NCBI GenBank assembly: GCA_049319825.1
Contig: JBMORT010000002.1
Span: forward strand, 204,072 to 268,071
Origin: Patescibacteria group bacterium
Lineage (GTDB): Bacteria; Patescibacteriota; Patescibacteriia; UBA11705; DATKZF01
Direction: 5' to 3'
DNA: 64,000 nt
Below the pieces are notes generated by a model that saw only the letters and a list, made by a program, of their open reading frames with translations, ran no database searches and was not told the origin of the DNA. This document shows positions 1-9,121 of this stretch, one piece after another (position 1 is the first letter of the stretch; each line of letters starts with the position of its first letter). Both the position numbers and the translations under genes were made by a program.

Positions 1-465
1 ACGTTGGATAATCTGCGCGACTATCCGCTGCCGGAAAAGCACTGTGAAATCACGCGCATCAATTTCACGGCCGCGGGCATCCCGATGACGGTATCCAGCG
101 TCGAAAACAGCATGTACGTCGAAACCGAGGTGAGGGATGTCGTCGCCTTCAGACAGTATGCCAGTGATGCGCTATCCTGGTGGAAAATCAGTTCGGGAAA
201 AATTGAAGATCTCGGGTCGCGGCTGTCCATGAAAGTCGCGACGCGGCAAAAATACGATTTTGCCATGCTCCGGCAGGCCATGTTCGATTACTACGGCAGG
301 TACTTCGACGATGTCAGCGCCACGGTCACTTGCGGCAATTTGCCCGAATGGATCGTGACGGAATATCCCGTCGAGTGGGAACGGGTGATTCGCGAGGCGC
401 CGATTCGCGAAGATCTCGCGCCGCCGGAACCAACCGCTCGTCCGGGGAAAAGGCGCCCACGATAA
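1..465 (+). CDS. hypothetical protein, probably 5'-truncated by the window edge
   Basis: Frame is open from base 1 to TAA at 463-465 and is followed by a terminator hairpin; no family recognised. Confidence 0.6.
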   Translation, partial: TLDNLRDYPLPEKHCEITRINFTAAGIPMTVSSVENSMYVETEVRDVVAFRQYASDALSWWKISSGKIEDLGSRLSMKVATRQKYDFAMLRQAMFDYYGRYFDDVSATVTCGNLPEWIVTEYPVEWERVIREAPIREDLAPPEPTARPGKRRPR

Positions 466-475
466 CTACGAAATT

Positions 476-498
476 AAAGCTCTGCATCAGAGCTTTTT
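476..498 (+). terminator. intrinsic terminator
   Basis: AAAGCTCTG-cat-CAGAGCTTT hairpin with a T-run. Confidence 0.6.
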
Positions 499-514
499 AT
501 AATTAAAAAAAATG

Positions 515-543
515 AAAAAAACACCGATCTAACCGGTGTTTTT
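515..543 (-). terminator. intrinsic terminator, possibly bidirectional
   Basis: AAAACACCG-atctaac-CGGTGTTTT flanked by A and T runs between convergent genes. Confidence 0.6.
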
Positions 544-563
544 ATTGTGATGGGGAGGTCGGG

Positions 564-1160
564 TTATTGAGGGTAGTTGGTGACATCGATTACTTTGCCG
601 TCATCATCCAGTAAAATCGTCACCGTCGGTTCCATGTCGGTTTGGTTTGGAAATGCCTGGACTTCCCAAAGATAATGAAAGTCGAGACCGTTGTAGCGCA
701 GCAGTGAAATAATGACCACCGCGTCGGGGTTAGAGGCTTTGAAAGCCTCGATTTCCTTTTTGGCCGCGTTATAAACCGCCGGACTGTCCATCTTCAGCGC
801 CTCACCGCCTTGCTGATCGTAAGAGCATTCGCCCTGATCGGTCATGGAAACGACCATTTCTTTTTTTACGGTCAGGTATTCGACTTTATTTTGAGACGGA
901 GAGCAATAGTAGAAGTACCAAGCGTCGCTTCTGCCGGTTTCATCGATCATTGATTGAAAGTTTTTTTCCACTACCGCGTCGGTCGCCCATGTCTTCGCTT
1001 TGACATCTGCCACTTTCTTCGCTTCTTGGATGGTCATCAGCGTTTTGCCTTCGACTTGATTTTGTGATTGCTGCTGATTGGCGGTCGGGGTTTGCTGCCC
1101 GCAGCCGGTCGCCATCAGCACCAGCGTCAACATCGGAATAAAAAGAAATGCTTTTTTCAT
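564..1160 (-). CDS. putative lipoprotein
   Basis: Signal peptide with lipobox-like ATGC; Q-rich linker. Confidence 0.7.
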   Translation of the reverse strand: MKKAFLFIPMLTLVLMATGCGQQTPTANQQQSQNQVEGKTLMTIQEAKKVADVKAKTWATDAVVEKNFQSMIDETGRSDAWYFYYCSPSQNKVEYLTVKKEMVVSMTDQGECSYDQQGGEALKMDSPAVYNAAKKEIEAFKASNPDAVVIISLLRYNGLDFHYLWEVQAFPNQTDMEPTVTILLDDDGKVIDVTNYPQ

Positions 1161-1165
1161 AGTTT

Positions 1166-2149
1166 TTATTCTTTAATTAATAATCCGATTTTTTTATATA
1201 CTTCTTCCAATTTCCCCTCGGCTATTTTATTGGCGGCTTTCGAGCCTTTATCTAGAATTTTTATGACTTCTTTGTCGTCAATTTTTTTTAGCCGATCTTG
1301 AATCGGGGCAAAAAATTCGATTACTTTTTCCGCCAGATCTTTTTTAAAATCGCCATAACCTCGGCCTTGAAACGTTTTTTGTATGTCATTCATGCCTTTT
1401 CCGGTCACCAGATGGTAGATGGTCATTAAATTGGAAACAGCCGGCTTATCCGGCGCGTAGGCTATCTCTGAGCCGGAATCAGTGACCGCCTTGGCGATTT
1501 TTTTTCGAATAATATCAGGCTCATCGGTAACGGCGATGTAATTGTACTCGGATGCCGCTGATTTGGACATCTTTTGATTTGGATCGTCCAGCCCCATCAG
1601 GCGGGCGCCGAGGTTGGGTACAAAGCTTTGCGGCACAGTGAATGTTTGGCCGTACAAATTATTGAATTTTTTGGCAATGGTTCTGGCCAGCTCCACGTGC
1701 TGTTTTTGGTCTTCGCCCACCGGCACGACTTCCGTGTCGTAGAGCAAGATGTCGGCGGCCATCAGCACCGGATAATCAAACAAGCCCGCGTTAATATTTT
1801 CTTGGTGTCTTTGTGATTTGTCTTTGAATTGCGTCATGCGCTCAAGCTCGGCCATCGGCGTGATGGTGTTCAAAATCCATGACAGCTCGGCATGCGCCGG
1901 CACGCTGGATTGAAGAAACAGCGTGCATTTTTTCGGATCAATACCTGATGCCATGAACAACTTGGCCAAGTTGATCGTATTTTGTCTGAGTAATTCCGGA
2001 GGTTGGTGCACTGTCAGCGCGTGCCAATCGACAATGCAAAAAAACGAATCATATTCATTAATGAAATCAAGCCAATTTTTAATGGCGCCGAAATAATTGC
2101 CGATATGGATTATGCCGCTCGGCTGAATGCCGCTGAAGATTCTTTTCAT
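1166..2149 (-). CDS. trpS: tryptophan--tRNA ligase
   Basis: FSGIQPSG..HIGN, VPVGEDQKQH and KMSKS motifs. Confidence 0.98.
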   Translation of the reverse strand: MKRIFSGIQPSGIIHIGNYFGAIKNWLDFINEYDSFFCIVDWHALTVHQPPELLRQNTINLAKLFMASGIDPKKCTLFLQSSVPAHAELSWILNTITPMAELERMTQFKDKSQRHQENINAGLFDYPVLMAADILLYDTEVVPVGEDQKQHVELARTIAKKFNNLYGQTFTVPQSFVPNLGARLMGLDDPNQKMSKSAASEYNYIAVTDEPDIIRKKIAKAVTDSGSEIAYAPDKPAVSNLMTIYHLVTGKGMNDIQKTFQGRGYGDFKKDLAEKVIEFFAPIQDRLKKIDDKEVIKILDKGSKAANKIAEGKLEEVYKKIGLLIKE

Positions 2150-2176
2150 ATATTTATGAAGCTGATTTAAATTGAC

Positions 2177-3907
2177 TTAGACTTCAATGACCACGGGCAG
2201 TACCATGGGACGTCGCTGCGTTTTTTTGAATAAAAATGCGCCAACTTCGTTTCTGAGCTTGTTTTTAATTTCGTTTGGATCGGCCGGACATTTGGCATTT
2301 TTATCCTTGACGATTTTTTTCACCAGACTTCTGGCGCTCTCCACCAATTCCTTGCTTTCCTTCATGTAAATGAATCCGCGAGAAATAATATCCGGACTGC
2401 CGACCAGCTCCCCGGTTCTCCGGCTGACCGTGGCGATTACCACGAACATGCCGTCTTCGGCCATTTGCATGCGGTCGCGCAATACAATATTGCTGATATC
2501 GCCGACGCCCAATCCGTCCACCATCACATACTCGGTCGGCACCCGTTCCTTGGTCAATTCGCCCATAATTTCCCGCCCTTTTTTATAGAATTCCATTACT
2601 TGGCCGTTATCGGCGACAAAGATGTTCGATTTGGGCATGCCCAGACTTTCCGCCAGTTCAGCGTTGGCTCGGAGCATGAAGTGATTGGCTTCGATCGGTA
2701 TGTAATATTTCGGCTTGAGCAATCGAATCAACATCTTCAGGTCTTCCTGCCGAGCGTGTCCGCCGGCATGGACATCCATCATTTTATAATGAAAAACTTT
2801 GGCCCCCTGCCTGGCGAGCGTGTCTTTTAAACTTTGAATGGTTCTTTCATTCCCGGGAATAACCGATGATGAGAAAATCACGGTGTCGCCTTTGGCAATG
2901 GACATAAAGCGGTGATCATTGTTGGCGATCCTCATTAACACCGCATTACTTTCGCCTTGCGCGCCGGTGCCGATCAGCACCTGTTTTTGCGGCGCCAGCC
3001 GTTGAAATTCTCCTTCTTCGACAATGGTGCCCGGCTTGATTTTTAAATATCCCAGCTGATGCGCGATTTCCACATTGGACTTCATGCTGCGTCCGTCAAG
3101 ATAAACTTTTTTTTCGAGTTTTTCGCAGATGGAGATGATCTGCTGAACTCGATTTAATAAAGAAGCGAAAGTGCCGACGATAATGCGGCCGGGAGCTTGT
3201 TCGAGTATTTGTTCCAAGTCTTGGCCGACAGTGCTTTCGGATATCTGGTAGCCGGGTTGCTCGGCGTTGGTGGAATCGGCCATTAGCGCTAAAACGCCGC
3301 GGGCGCCGAACTGGGCGATGCGGTTTAAATCCGCCGGCTTATCATTGATCGGGTTAAAATCAATTTTAAAATCTCCGGTGTGCACGATCATGCCGACCGG
3401 CGAAGTGATCACCACGCCGAAGCTATCGGGTATATTGTGGTTGACTCTGAAAAATTCCGCTTTCAATTTTCCCAGCGCGATGCTGTCTTTTTCCGGAATG
3501 ATTGTTTGAATGTTGAGTTTGGGCTGTTTGGATTCTTCGTGCCGCTTGGCGATGATGCCGGCCGTCAATTTGGTGGTGTAAATCGTCGGATTGCCCAGCT
3601 CCGGAATCAAATAAGACACGGCGCCGATGTGGTCGTAGTGGCCGTGAGTGATGATCACGCCTTTGATGTTTTTGATTTTGTTTTTTAGATAGGTGATGTC
3701 GGGAATGATAAAATCAATGCCCGGCATGTCTTCTTCTGGAAACTGCAATCCCATGTCGATAATGACTATGTCATTGCCGTATTCGACGACAGTCATGTTC
3801 CGGCCGACTTCTTCGAGTCCGCCAAGGGCCATCACGCGCAATTTATTGCCGCGCTGAGCCCAAGTTCTGGATAATGGCCGTCGCTGTCTGATTTTTCTTC
3901 TGTCCAT
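2177..3907 (-). CDS. rnj: ribonuclease J
   Basis: ALGGLEEVGRNM, THGHYDH, HTGDFK, HAGGH; C-terminal RRPMVLPV. Confidence 0.97.
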   Translation of the reverse strand: MDRRKIRQRRPLSRTWAQRGNKLRVMALGGLEEVGRNMTVVEYGNDIVIIDMGLQFPEEDMPGIDFIIPDITYLKNKIKNIKGVIITHGHYDHIGAVSYLIPELGNPTIYTTKLTAGIIAKRHEESKQPKLNIQTIIPEKDSIALGKLKAEFFRVNHNIPDSFGVVITSPVGMIVHTGDFKIDFNPINDKPADLNRIAQFGARGVLALMADSTNAEQPGYQISESTVGQDLEQILEQAPGRIIVGTFASLLNRVQQIISICEKLEKKVYLDGRSMKSNVEIAHQLGYLKIKPGTIVEEGEFQRLAPQKQVLIGTGAQGESNAVLMRIANNDHRFMSIAKGDTVIFSSSVIPGNERTIQSLKDTLARQGAKVFHYKMMDVHAGGHARQEDLKMLIRLLKPKYYIPIEANHFMLRANAELAESLGMPKSNIFVADNGQVMEFYKKGREIMGELTKERVPTEYVMVDGLGVGDISNIVLRDRMQMAEDGMFVVIATVSRRTGELVGSPDIISRGFIYMKESKELVESARSLVKKIVKDKNAKCPADPNEIKNKLRNEVGAFLFKKTQRRPMVLPVVIEV

Positions 3908-4034
3908 AATGTGTTCGATGTTTAATTATTAAAGAGAGAGCGGCGCCGCCTTCGGCGGCCACCATAAATTTCGGATCTCGCCGAAATTCGGGATCATTAT
4001 TTGAAGATATGGAATTCTTAAACGATGAATGTCG

Positions 4035-5891
4035 CTATTCTGATTTTTTGCCCAGCCGGCGATCGGTATTGACATACCAATCGGAGATGCCGGCATAACG
4101 ATGAGCGGGCATGATTATTTGGTGAGTTTCGATGCCTTGAATTTTTTTGGATATGGGATAAGTGTAGGTCGTGTTGATTAAAAATATCGCCGGCAATTCT
4201 TCCGCTATGATATTTTGAAATTCGACGTATTTGGTTTGCCGATCTTCCGTGTTTGTGGTTTTTCGGGCTTCCTCCAGCAGTTTATCGGCTTTGGCGTTTT
4301 TAAAGCATGACAAGTTCAGGCCCGGATGCTTGCATTGGGTAGAATGCCAAAACGGATACGGGTCGGGATCGGTGCCCAGAATTTCACCGTAAAGCAGAAT
4401 GCCGAAATTTCGATCTTTTATTTTATCTCGCTGTATTTGAGCGGCATCTAAAATCTCCAGGTTGGTTTTAACTCCGATTTGCTGCCATGATTGCTGAATG
4501 CTTTTGGCGATTTTTTCATACTCCGTTTGAGCGGGGAGAGTGATCGCCAGTTCCAAAAATTGATCTCCTTTTTTACGAACTTGAAATGGGTACGGATCAC
4601 TGCCTTCGCTCGTTGGATAAGCGGACAGCTTCCAGCCGGCGTCATCCAATATTTTTTTGGCTTGCTCTATATCGAAGCCGTATTTTTTAATGTCTTGGTT
4701 GTAGCCGATAAATCCTTCCAAAATCGGGCTGTCGATAGCAATGGCCGAATTTTGGTAAATCGATTCGACGATCTCGTTTTTATTAACGCCAGACGCCAGC
4801 GCCTGCCTGACGTTTTTATCTTTTAAAATTTCCGCCACGTTCAGATTGATAAATAAGGCAATGTATTGAGGCAGAGAAAATTGATAAAAATTTAAACTGC
4901 GGTTATTAAAAATATCCGATTTGTTTTTTTCCGGCAGATAGCTGATGCCCTCGATGTTTTTATTGTTAAGAGCGTCAATGGCGCTGGTAAAGTCAGGATA
5001 GAATTTGAAGGTTAAGGTTTCTATATAAGGCTGCTGTCCGTGATATAATTTGTTTTTCGTCAGAGAAATGATTTTAACCGCACCGTTTTTTTCTTTGTAT
5101 ATTGATTTGACTTTATATTTTCCGCAACCAACGGGTTTAATGTTCGTTTCCGCCAGATTCATGTTTTCCGCGGGGATATCAATCCAAACATGCTCCGGTA
5201 AGATGCCGACCGTCAGCGATTCCATAAATGGGGCAAAGACTTCCTCCAGTTTGAATTTAACTGTCCGATCGTCAATTCTTTCAACGCTGACGCCGCTGAA
5301 ATTGAAAATCAGCGGGCTTTTGGCCTTTGGATCTTTTATCCGGTCAACAGTAAAGATAACATCGTCAACCGTTAGTTTTTCACCGTCATCCCAGCTTAAT
5401 CCTTCACGCAAAGAGAGCGTGTATTCTTTTTGATCGTCGCTGATTTGAATGCTTGACGCCAGATCCGGAACCAATCCTTGGCTCGGATCAAATCGCAGCA
5501 GACCGGAGAAAATCAAATAACTCAAATCAAGATCGACATCGTTTGTTTGAGCCAGAACCGGATTTATGTATTGGGGCGATCCGATCAATCCTTCGGTGTA
5601 TTCGCCGCCTGCGGCGGCGGACACGTATGAGTTAATCCAATATAAATTTACGGCCAGCGCCATCACCGCGAATACGAGCAGCGGCGCGATTATTTTAATT
5701 AGCAACGATTCTGTTTTAGATAAATATTTGGAAACGTATTTAAGCTGCTTTAATGACGGTAGCCGTTTGGCGCCGCTTAAATTTTGGACCAGTCGCTGAT
5801 CCATTTGGGTCTGATATTGTATTCTCTTTATTTTTTCGCGATTTCCGGCGCCGATTCTCCCACGTAAAAATTTGTGAAAATATTTATTCAC
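4035..5891 (-). CDS. peptide ABC transporter substrate-binding protein (family 5, OppA/DppA-like), membrane-anchored
   Basis: LIFSGL..PDLA, W.DG..LT.DDV.FT and PVGCGKY motifs; N-terminal TM helix; no permease genes adjacent. Confidence 0.9.
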   Translation of the reverse strand: MNKYFHKFLRGRIGAGNREKIKRIQYQTQMDQRLVQNLSGAKRLPSLKQLKYVSKYLSKTESLLIKIIAPLLVFAVMALAVNLYWINSYVSAAAGGEYTEGLIGSPQYINPVLAQTNDVDLDLSYLIFSGLLRFDPSQGLVPDLASSIQISDDQKEYTLSLREGLSWDDGEKLTVDDVIFTVDRIKDPKAKSPLIFNFSGVSVERIDDRTVKFKLEEVFAPFMESLTVGILPEHVWIDIPAENMNLAETNIKPVGCGKYKVKSIYKEKNGAVKIISLTKNKLYHGQQPYIETLTFKFYPDFTSAIDALNNKNIEGISYLPEKNKSDIFNNRSLNFYQFSLPQYIALFINLNVAEILKDKNVRQALASGVNKNEIVESIYQNSAIAIDSPILEGFIGYNQDIKKYGFDIEQAKKILDDAGWKLSAYPTSEGSDPYPFQVRKKGDQFLELAITLPAQTEYEKIAKSIQQSWQQIGVKTNLEILDAAQIQRDKIKDRNFGILLYGEILGTDPDPYPFWHSTQCKHPGLNLSCFKNAKADKLLEEARKTTNTEDRQTKYVEFQNIIAEELPAIFLINTTYTYPISKKIQGIETHQIIMPAHRYAGISDWYVNTDRRLGKKSE

Positions 5892-5912
5892 ACGATTGTA
5901 TGTAATTATTCA

Positions 5913-6134
5913 TTATAAAACGATTTGAAGAAATGAAACGCAGATGAATAATATGGAGAAAATAATGGTCAAAGTAAAAAGAGTTTTTTCGATACCGCGT
6001 TTGGTGCGATAAACCGCGCCGCTACCGCCGAAAACCCCGCTGAGGCCGGTGCCCCGATTCTGAAGCAAGATAACGATGATCAATAAAACTGACAGCGTGA
6101 TTTGGATAATAGTTAATATTCTTGATAAATCCAT
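5913..6134 (-). CDS. secG: preprotein translocase subunit SecG
   Basis: Two TM helices around ILLQ-RG-GLSGVFGG..Y.TKRG.EK. Confidence 0.93.
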   Translation of the reverse strand: MDLSRILTIIQITLSVLLIIVILLQNRGTGLSGVFGGSGAVYRTKRGIEKTLFTLTIIFSILFICVSFLQIVL

Positions 6135-6284
6135 AGATTTAATTAATTTTCACCAATTAGTAATTTGGTAAAAAATCGTATTTTGGGATAGTTTAACGTT
6201 ATATAAAGGATTATAATGTAAACTTCGCGGCTTGTCAACGGCCGAGTTTTCGTTTCTTTTTTAAAAAATGCTATAATATAACCA

Positions 6285-6989
6285 ATGAAAAATAAACAAC
6301 AATGGCGTCAGCGGAGTTGGTTCAAACCGACAATGATTATGGTCGGCGTTGTTTTGATAATTACGGCCGTCGAGCTGGCCGTTCATCGTCCTTTTGGTAA
6401 TTTCTTTAGCGCCCTGCTTCATAAAACGGCAGTCAGAACATTTGACATGGAACAAATCGTCACCGCCGCCGATCCTTATCTGGGAGATCAATCCGCTCCG
6501 GTAAAAATAGTGGAATTCGCCGATTTCAATTGTCCGTATTGCCGGGCGGCTTACCCGGTGGTGCGAGAAGTGCTGAGCGAATATCAAGCCAGCGAGGTTT
6601 TTTTTCAGTTTCGGGATTTCCCGGTGGTCGCTGCCTCTTCGGTCTGGCTGGCCATGGCCGGATCATGCGCTCATGAGCAGAACAAATTCTGGCCTTTTCA
6701 TGATAAACTTTTTTTGCGACAGGGGCAGGTAACGGAATCAAACATCGGGCAGCTGGCTCAAACCGCCGGCCTGAATGTCGATTCGTTTCAACGCTGCCTT
6801 GATGGCGAAAAATATAGAAACGAAGTGGCCGACGATTATTTATCCGCGGAAAACAACGCCGTCGACGGCACGCCCACTTTTTTTATAAACGGTTTGATGT
6901 TTCAAGGCGTGCCGGAAAAGGAAAATTTGATAAAAATCATCGATCATTTTTTATCGACACAAGATTCGAAGGTCAAAACGGAGAAGTGA
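6285..6989 (+). CDS. DsbA/BdbD-family thiol-disulfide oxidoreductase
   Basis: N-terminal TM; EFADFNCPYC; GTPTFFING. Confidence 0.92.
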   Translation: MKNKQQWRQRSWFKPTMIMVGVVLIITAVELAVHRPFGNFFSALLHKTAVRTFDMEQIVTAADPYLGDQSAPVKIVEFADFNCPYCRAAYPVVREVLSEYQASEVFFQFRDFPVVAASSVWLAMAGSCAHEQNKFWPFHDKLFLRQGQVTESNIGQLAQTAGLNVDSFQRCLDGEKYRNEVADDYLSAENNAVDGTPTFFINGLMFQGVPEKENLIKIIDHFLSTQDSKVKTEK

Positions 6990-7076
6990 AATGAATGGAG
7001 AAATCGGCATTGCGTCTATTGCCGAATTATCGCCGATGTTTAATGTTTGCGGCTTCGCGTTTTAAATTAATTTCAT

Positions 7077-7631
7077 ATGAAAGAAATCAGAATACACGGT
7101 CGGGGAGGCCAAGGAGCGGTGACCGCCGCGGAATTGCTGGCCAGAGCCGTTTTCTATGCCGGAAAATATTCGCAAGCCTTTCCCAATTTTGGAGTTGAAA
7201 GACGTGGCGCTCCGCTTGAGGCTTACGTCCGGGTCAGCGACCAGTCGATCAGGTTGCGCCAGCAGGTTTATCATCCCGATTTTTTGATTATCATGGATAA
7301 AAGCTTATTGATGTCTTCGCGCACCGTGCACGGCGTGAAAAAAAATACGATTGTTTTGGTCAATAGCGAACATCCTTGTCGCTGTTCCAATTTGAAAACC
7401 TACCATGTTCCCGCCACTTCGATCGCTTTGGAGGCTTTGTCGAATCCCAATCTTATCAATACCGCTCTAATGGGAGCTTTCGCCGTCCTGACCGGATTGG
7501 TGACCGCTGATTCGCTTGAGCGAGCCGCCCAAGAAAGTTTTTTTCACAAGGGAGAAGACATTATTCAAAAAAATATCATTGCCATGAAAGTGGCGCGAAG
7601 GTTTATCGAAGAGGAATATTTAAAAAAATGA
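7077..7631 (+). CDS. porC: pyruvate/2-oxoacid:ferredoxin oxidoreductase gamma subunit
   Basis: EIRIHGRGGQGAVTAA; FGVERRGAP. Confidence 0.95.
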   Translation: MKEIRIHGRGGQGAVTAAELLARAVFYAGKYSQAFPNFGVERRGAPLEAYVRVSDQSIRLRQQVYHPDFLIIMDKSLLMSSRTVHGVKKNTIVLVNSEHPCRCSNLKTYHVPATSIALEALSNPNLINTALMGAFAVLTGLVTADSLERAAQESFFHKGEDIIQKNIIAMKVARRFIEEEYLKK

Positions 7632-7682
7632 AAATATTAGCGCTTCGGACAATTATATTCGCTTAAGTTCAATTATTATCTT

Positions 7683-7961
7683 ATGAAAAAGCCGTTACAG
7701 ACCAAGCCCGGCACCTCCCGCTTCAATAATACCGGCGTTTGGCGGACATTTAAGCCCATCGTCGATCACTCGCGCTGCATCGCCTGCGGGATATGCTCGC
7801 GTGTCTGTCCGGAAGGCTGTATTTTTCCGGTCGGAGAAAAAATTCTTCAAAAGGGCGGAAAGGTTTTTTTCGAGCAAGACCTTGATTACTGCAAAGGGTG
7901 CGGCATTTGCGCCCAAGAATGTCCGGTCAAGTGCATTAAAATGATCAGAGAAGAAAAATAA
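7683..7961 (+). CDS. porD: pyruvate/2-oxoacid:ferredoxin oxidoreductase delta subunit (2x[4Fe-4S])
   Basis: TGVWRTFKP; CIACGIC...CP; YCKGCGICAQECP. Confidence 0.95.
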   Translation: MKKPLQTKPGTSRFNNTGVWRTFKPIVDHSRCIACGICSRVCPEGCIFPVGEKILQKGGKVFFEQDLDYCKGCGICAQECPVKCIKMIREEK

Positions 7962-8011
7962 AATAGCAACCGAAATTGAGATATCAATATGAAAACAGCG
8001 AGTTTACAAAT

Positions 8012-9121
8012 ATGAAAAAATTTCTCGAGGGATCTCAGGCCGTGGCTGAAGTGATCAAGCTGGTCAAACCGGATGTGGTGGCAGTTTATCCGATCACGCC
8101 GCAGACCCATATAATCGAAGCATTGGCTCAATATAAAGCCGACGGTTTGGCCGATTTTGAATATATCAGGGCTGAAAACGAGTTTGCTTCTTCTTCCATC
8201 GTTTTGGGCGCCAGCGCGGCCGGCAGCCGCGTTTATACCGCCTCGAGTTCTCAGGGACTGCTTTTAATGACTGAGGTTTTATACAATATCGCCGGCATGC
8301 GTTTACCAGTGGTGATGACCGCGGCGAACCGAGCAGTTTCCGCTCCGCTGAACATCTGGAACGATCAGCAAGACGCCATGCCCGCGCGCGATTCGGGCTG
8401 GTTGATGTTCTTTGCCAAGGATAATCAGGAGGCGGCGGATCTTCATTTGATGGCTTATAAGTTGGCCGAAAAGCTTTCGTTGCCGGCGATGGTCAATATG
8501 GACGGCTTTGTGTTGACGCACACTTATGAGCCGGTGGACATCCCGACTCAAGCGCAAGTCAATAAATTCATAAAAAAATACGTGCCGAAAAAAAATGCTC
8601 ATCTTAACGTTATCAGCCCGGTCAGTCTGGGCTGCTTTGCCACGCCCGACGATTATCAGGAAATTCGGCTCGAGCTCCACCGTGATTTGCTGGACGCGAA
8701 AAATCTTTATTTGCGGGAATTGAAAAAATTTAAAGCGATATTCGGCAGAGATCTCGGTATCATCGAATATTATGGGCCGAAAAACGCCACCAGAGTGTTA
8801 GTCTCGCTGGGGGCGGTGAGCGGTACGATACGAGCGGCGATTGACGAGTTAAACAAATCCGGACAAACCACGGCCGCGCTGAATATCACGCTGTTTCGAC
8901 CTTTTCCGATTGAAGAAATAAGAAACGCATTAAAAAACAAAAAAGAGGCGATCGTGCTCGATCGAGCCATTTCGTTGGGCAGCGGCGGTATTCTGCATAA
9001 TGAAATTTCCGCTGCCCTGGCCGGGTTGAAAGTGAAGGTCACCAGCCGGGTGACCGGACTCGGTGGCCGAGACATTACGGTCGATCAAATAAAGAAATTT
9101 TTTTCGAGTTATGACAAATAA
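8012..9121 (+). CDS. porA: pyruvate/2-oxoacid:ferredoxin oxidoreductase alpha subunit
   Basis: YPITPQT, TASSSQGL, NRA.SAPLNIW.D; start moved to the ATG at 8012. Confidence 0.95.
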   Translation: MKKFLEGSQAVAEVIKLVKPDVVAVYPITPQTHIIEALAQYKADGLADFEYIRAENEFASSSIVLGASAAGSRVYTASSSQGLLLMTEVLYNIAGMRLPVVMTAANRAVSAPLNIWNDQQDAMPARDSGWLMFFAKDNQEAADLHLMAYKLAEKLSLPAMVNMDGFVLTHTYEPVDIPTQAQVNKFIKKYVPKKNAHLNVISPVSLGCFATPDDYQEIRLELHRDLLDAKNLYLRELKKFKAIFGRDLGIIEYYGPKNATRVLVSLGAVSGTIRAAIDELNKSGQTTAALNITLFRPFPIEEIRNALKNKKEAIVLDRAISLGSGGILHNEISAALAGLKVKVTSRVTGLGGRDITVDQIKKFFSSYDK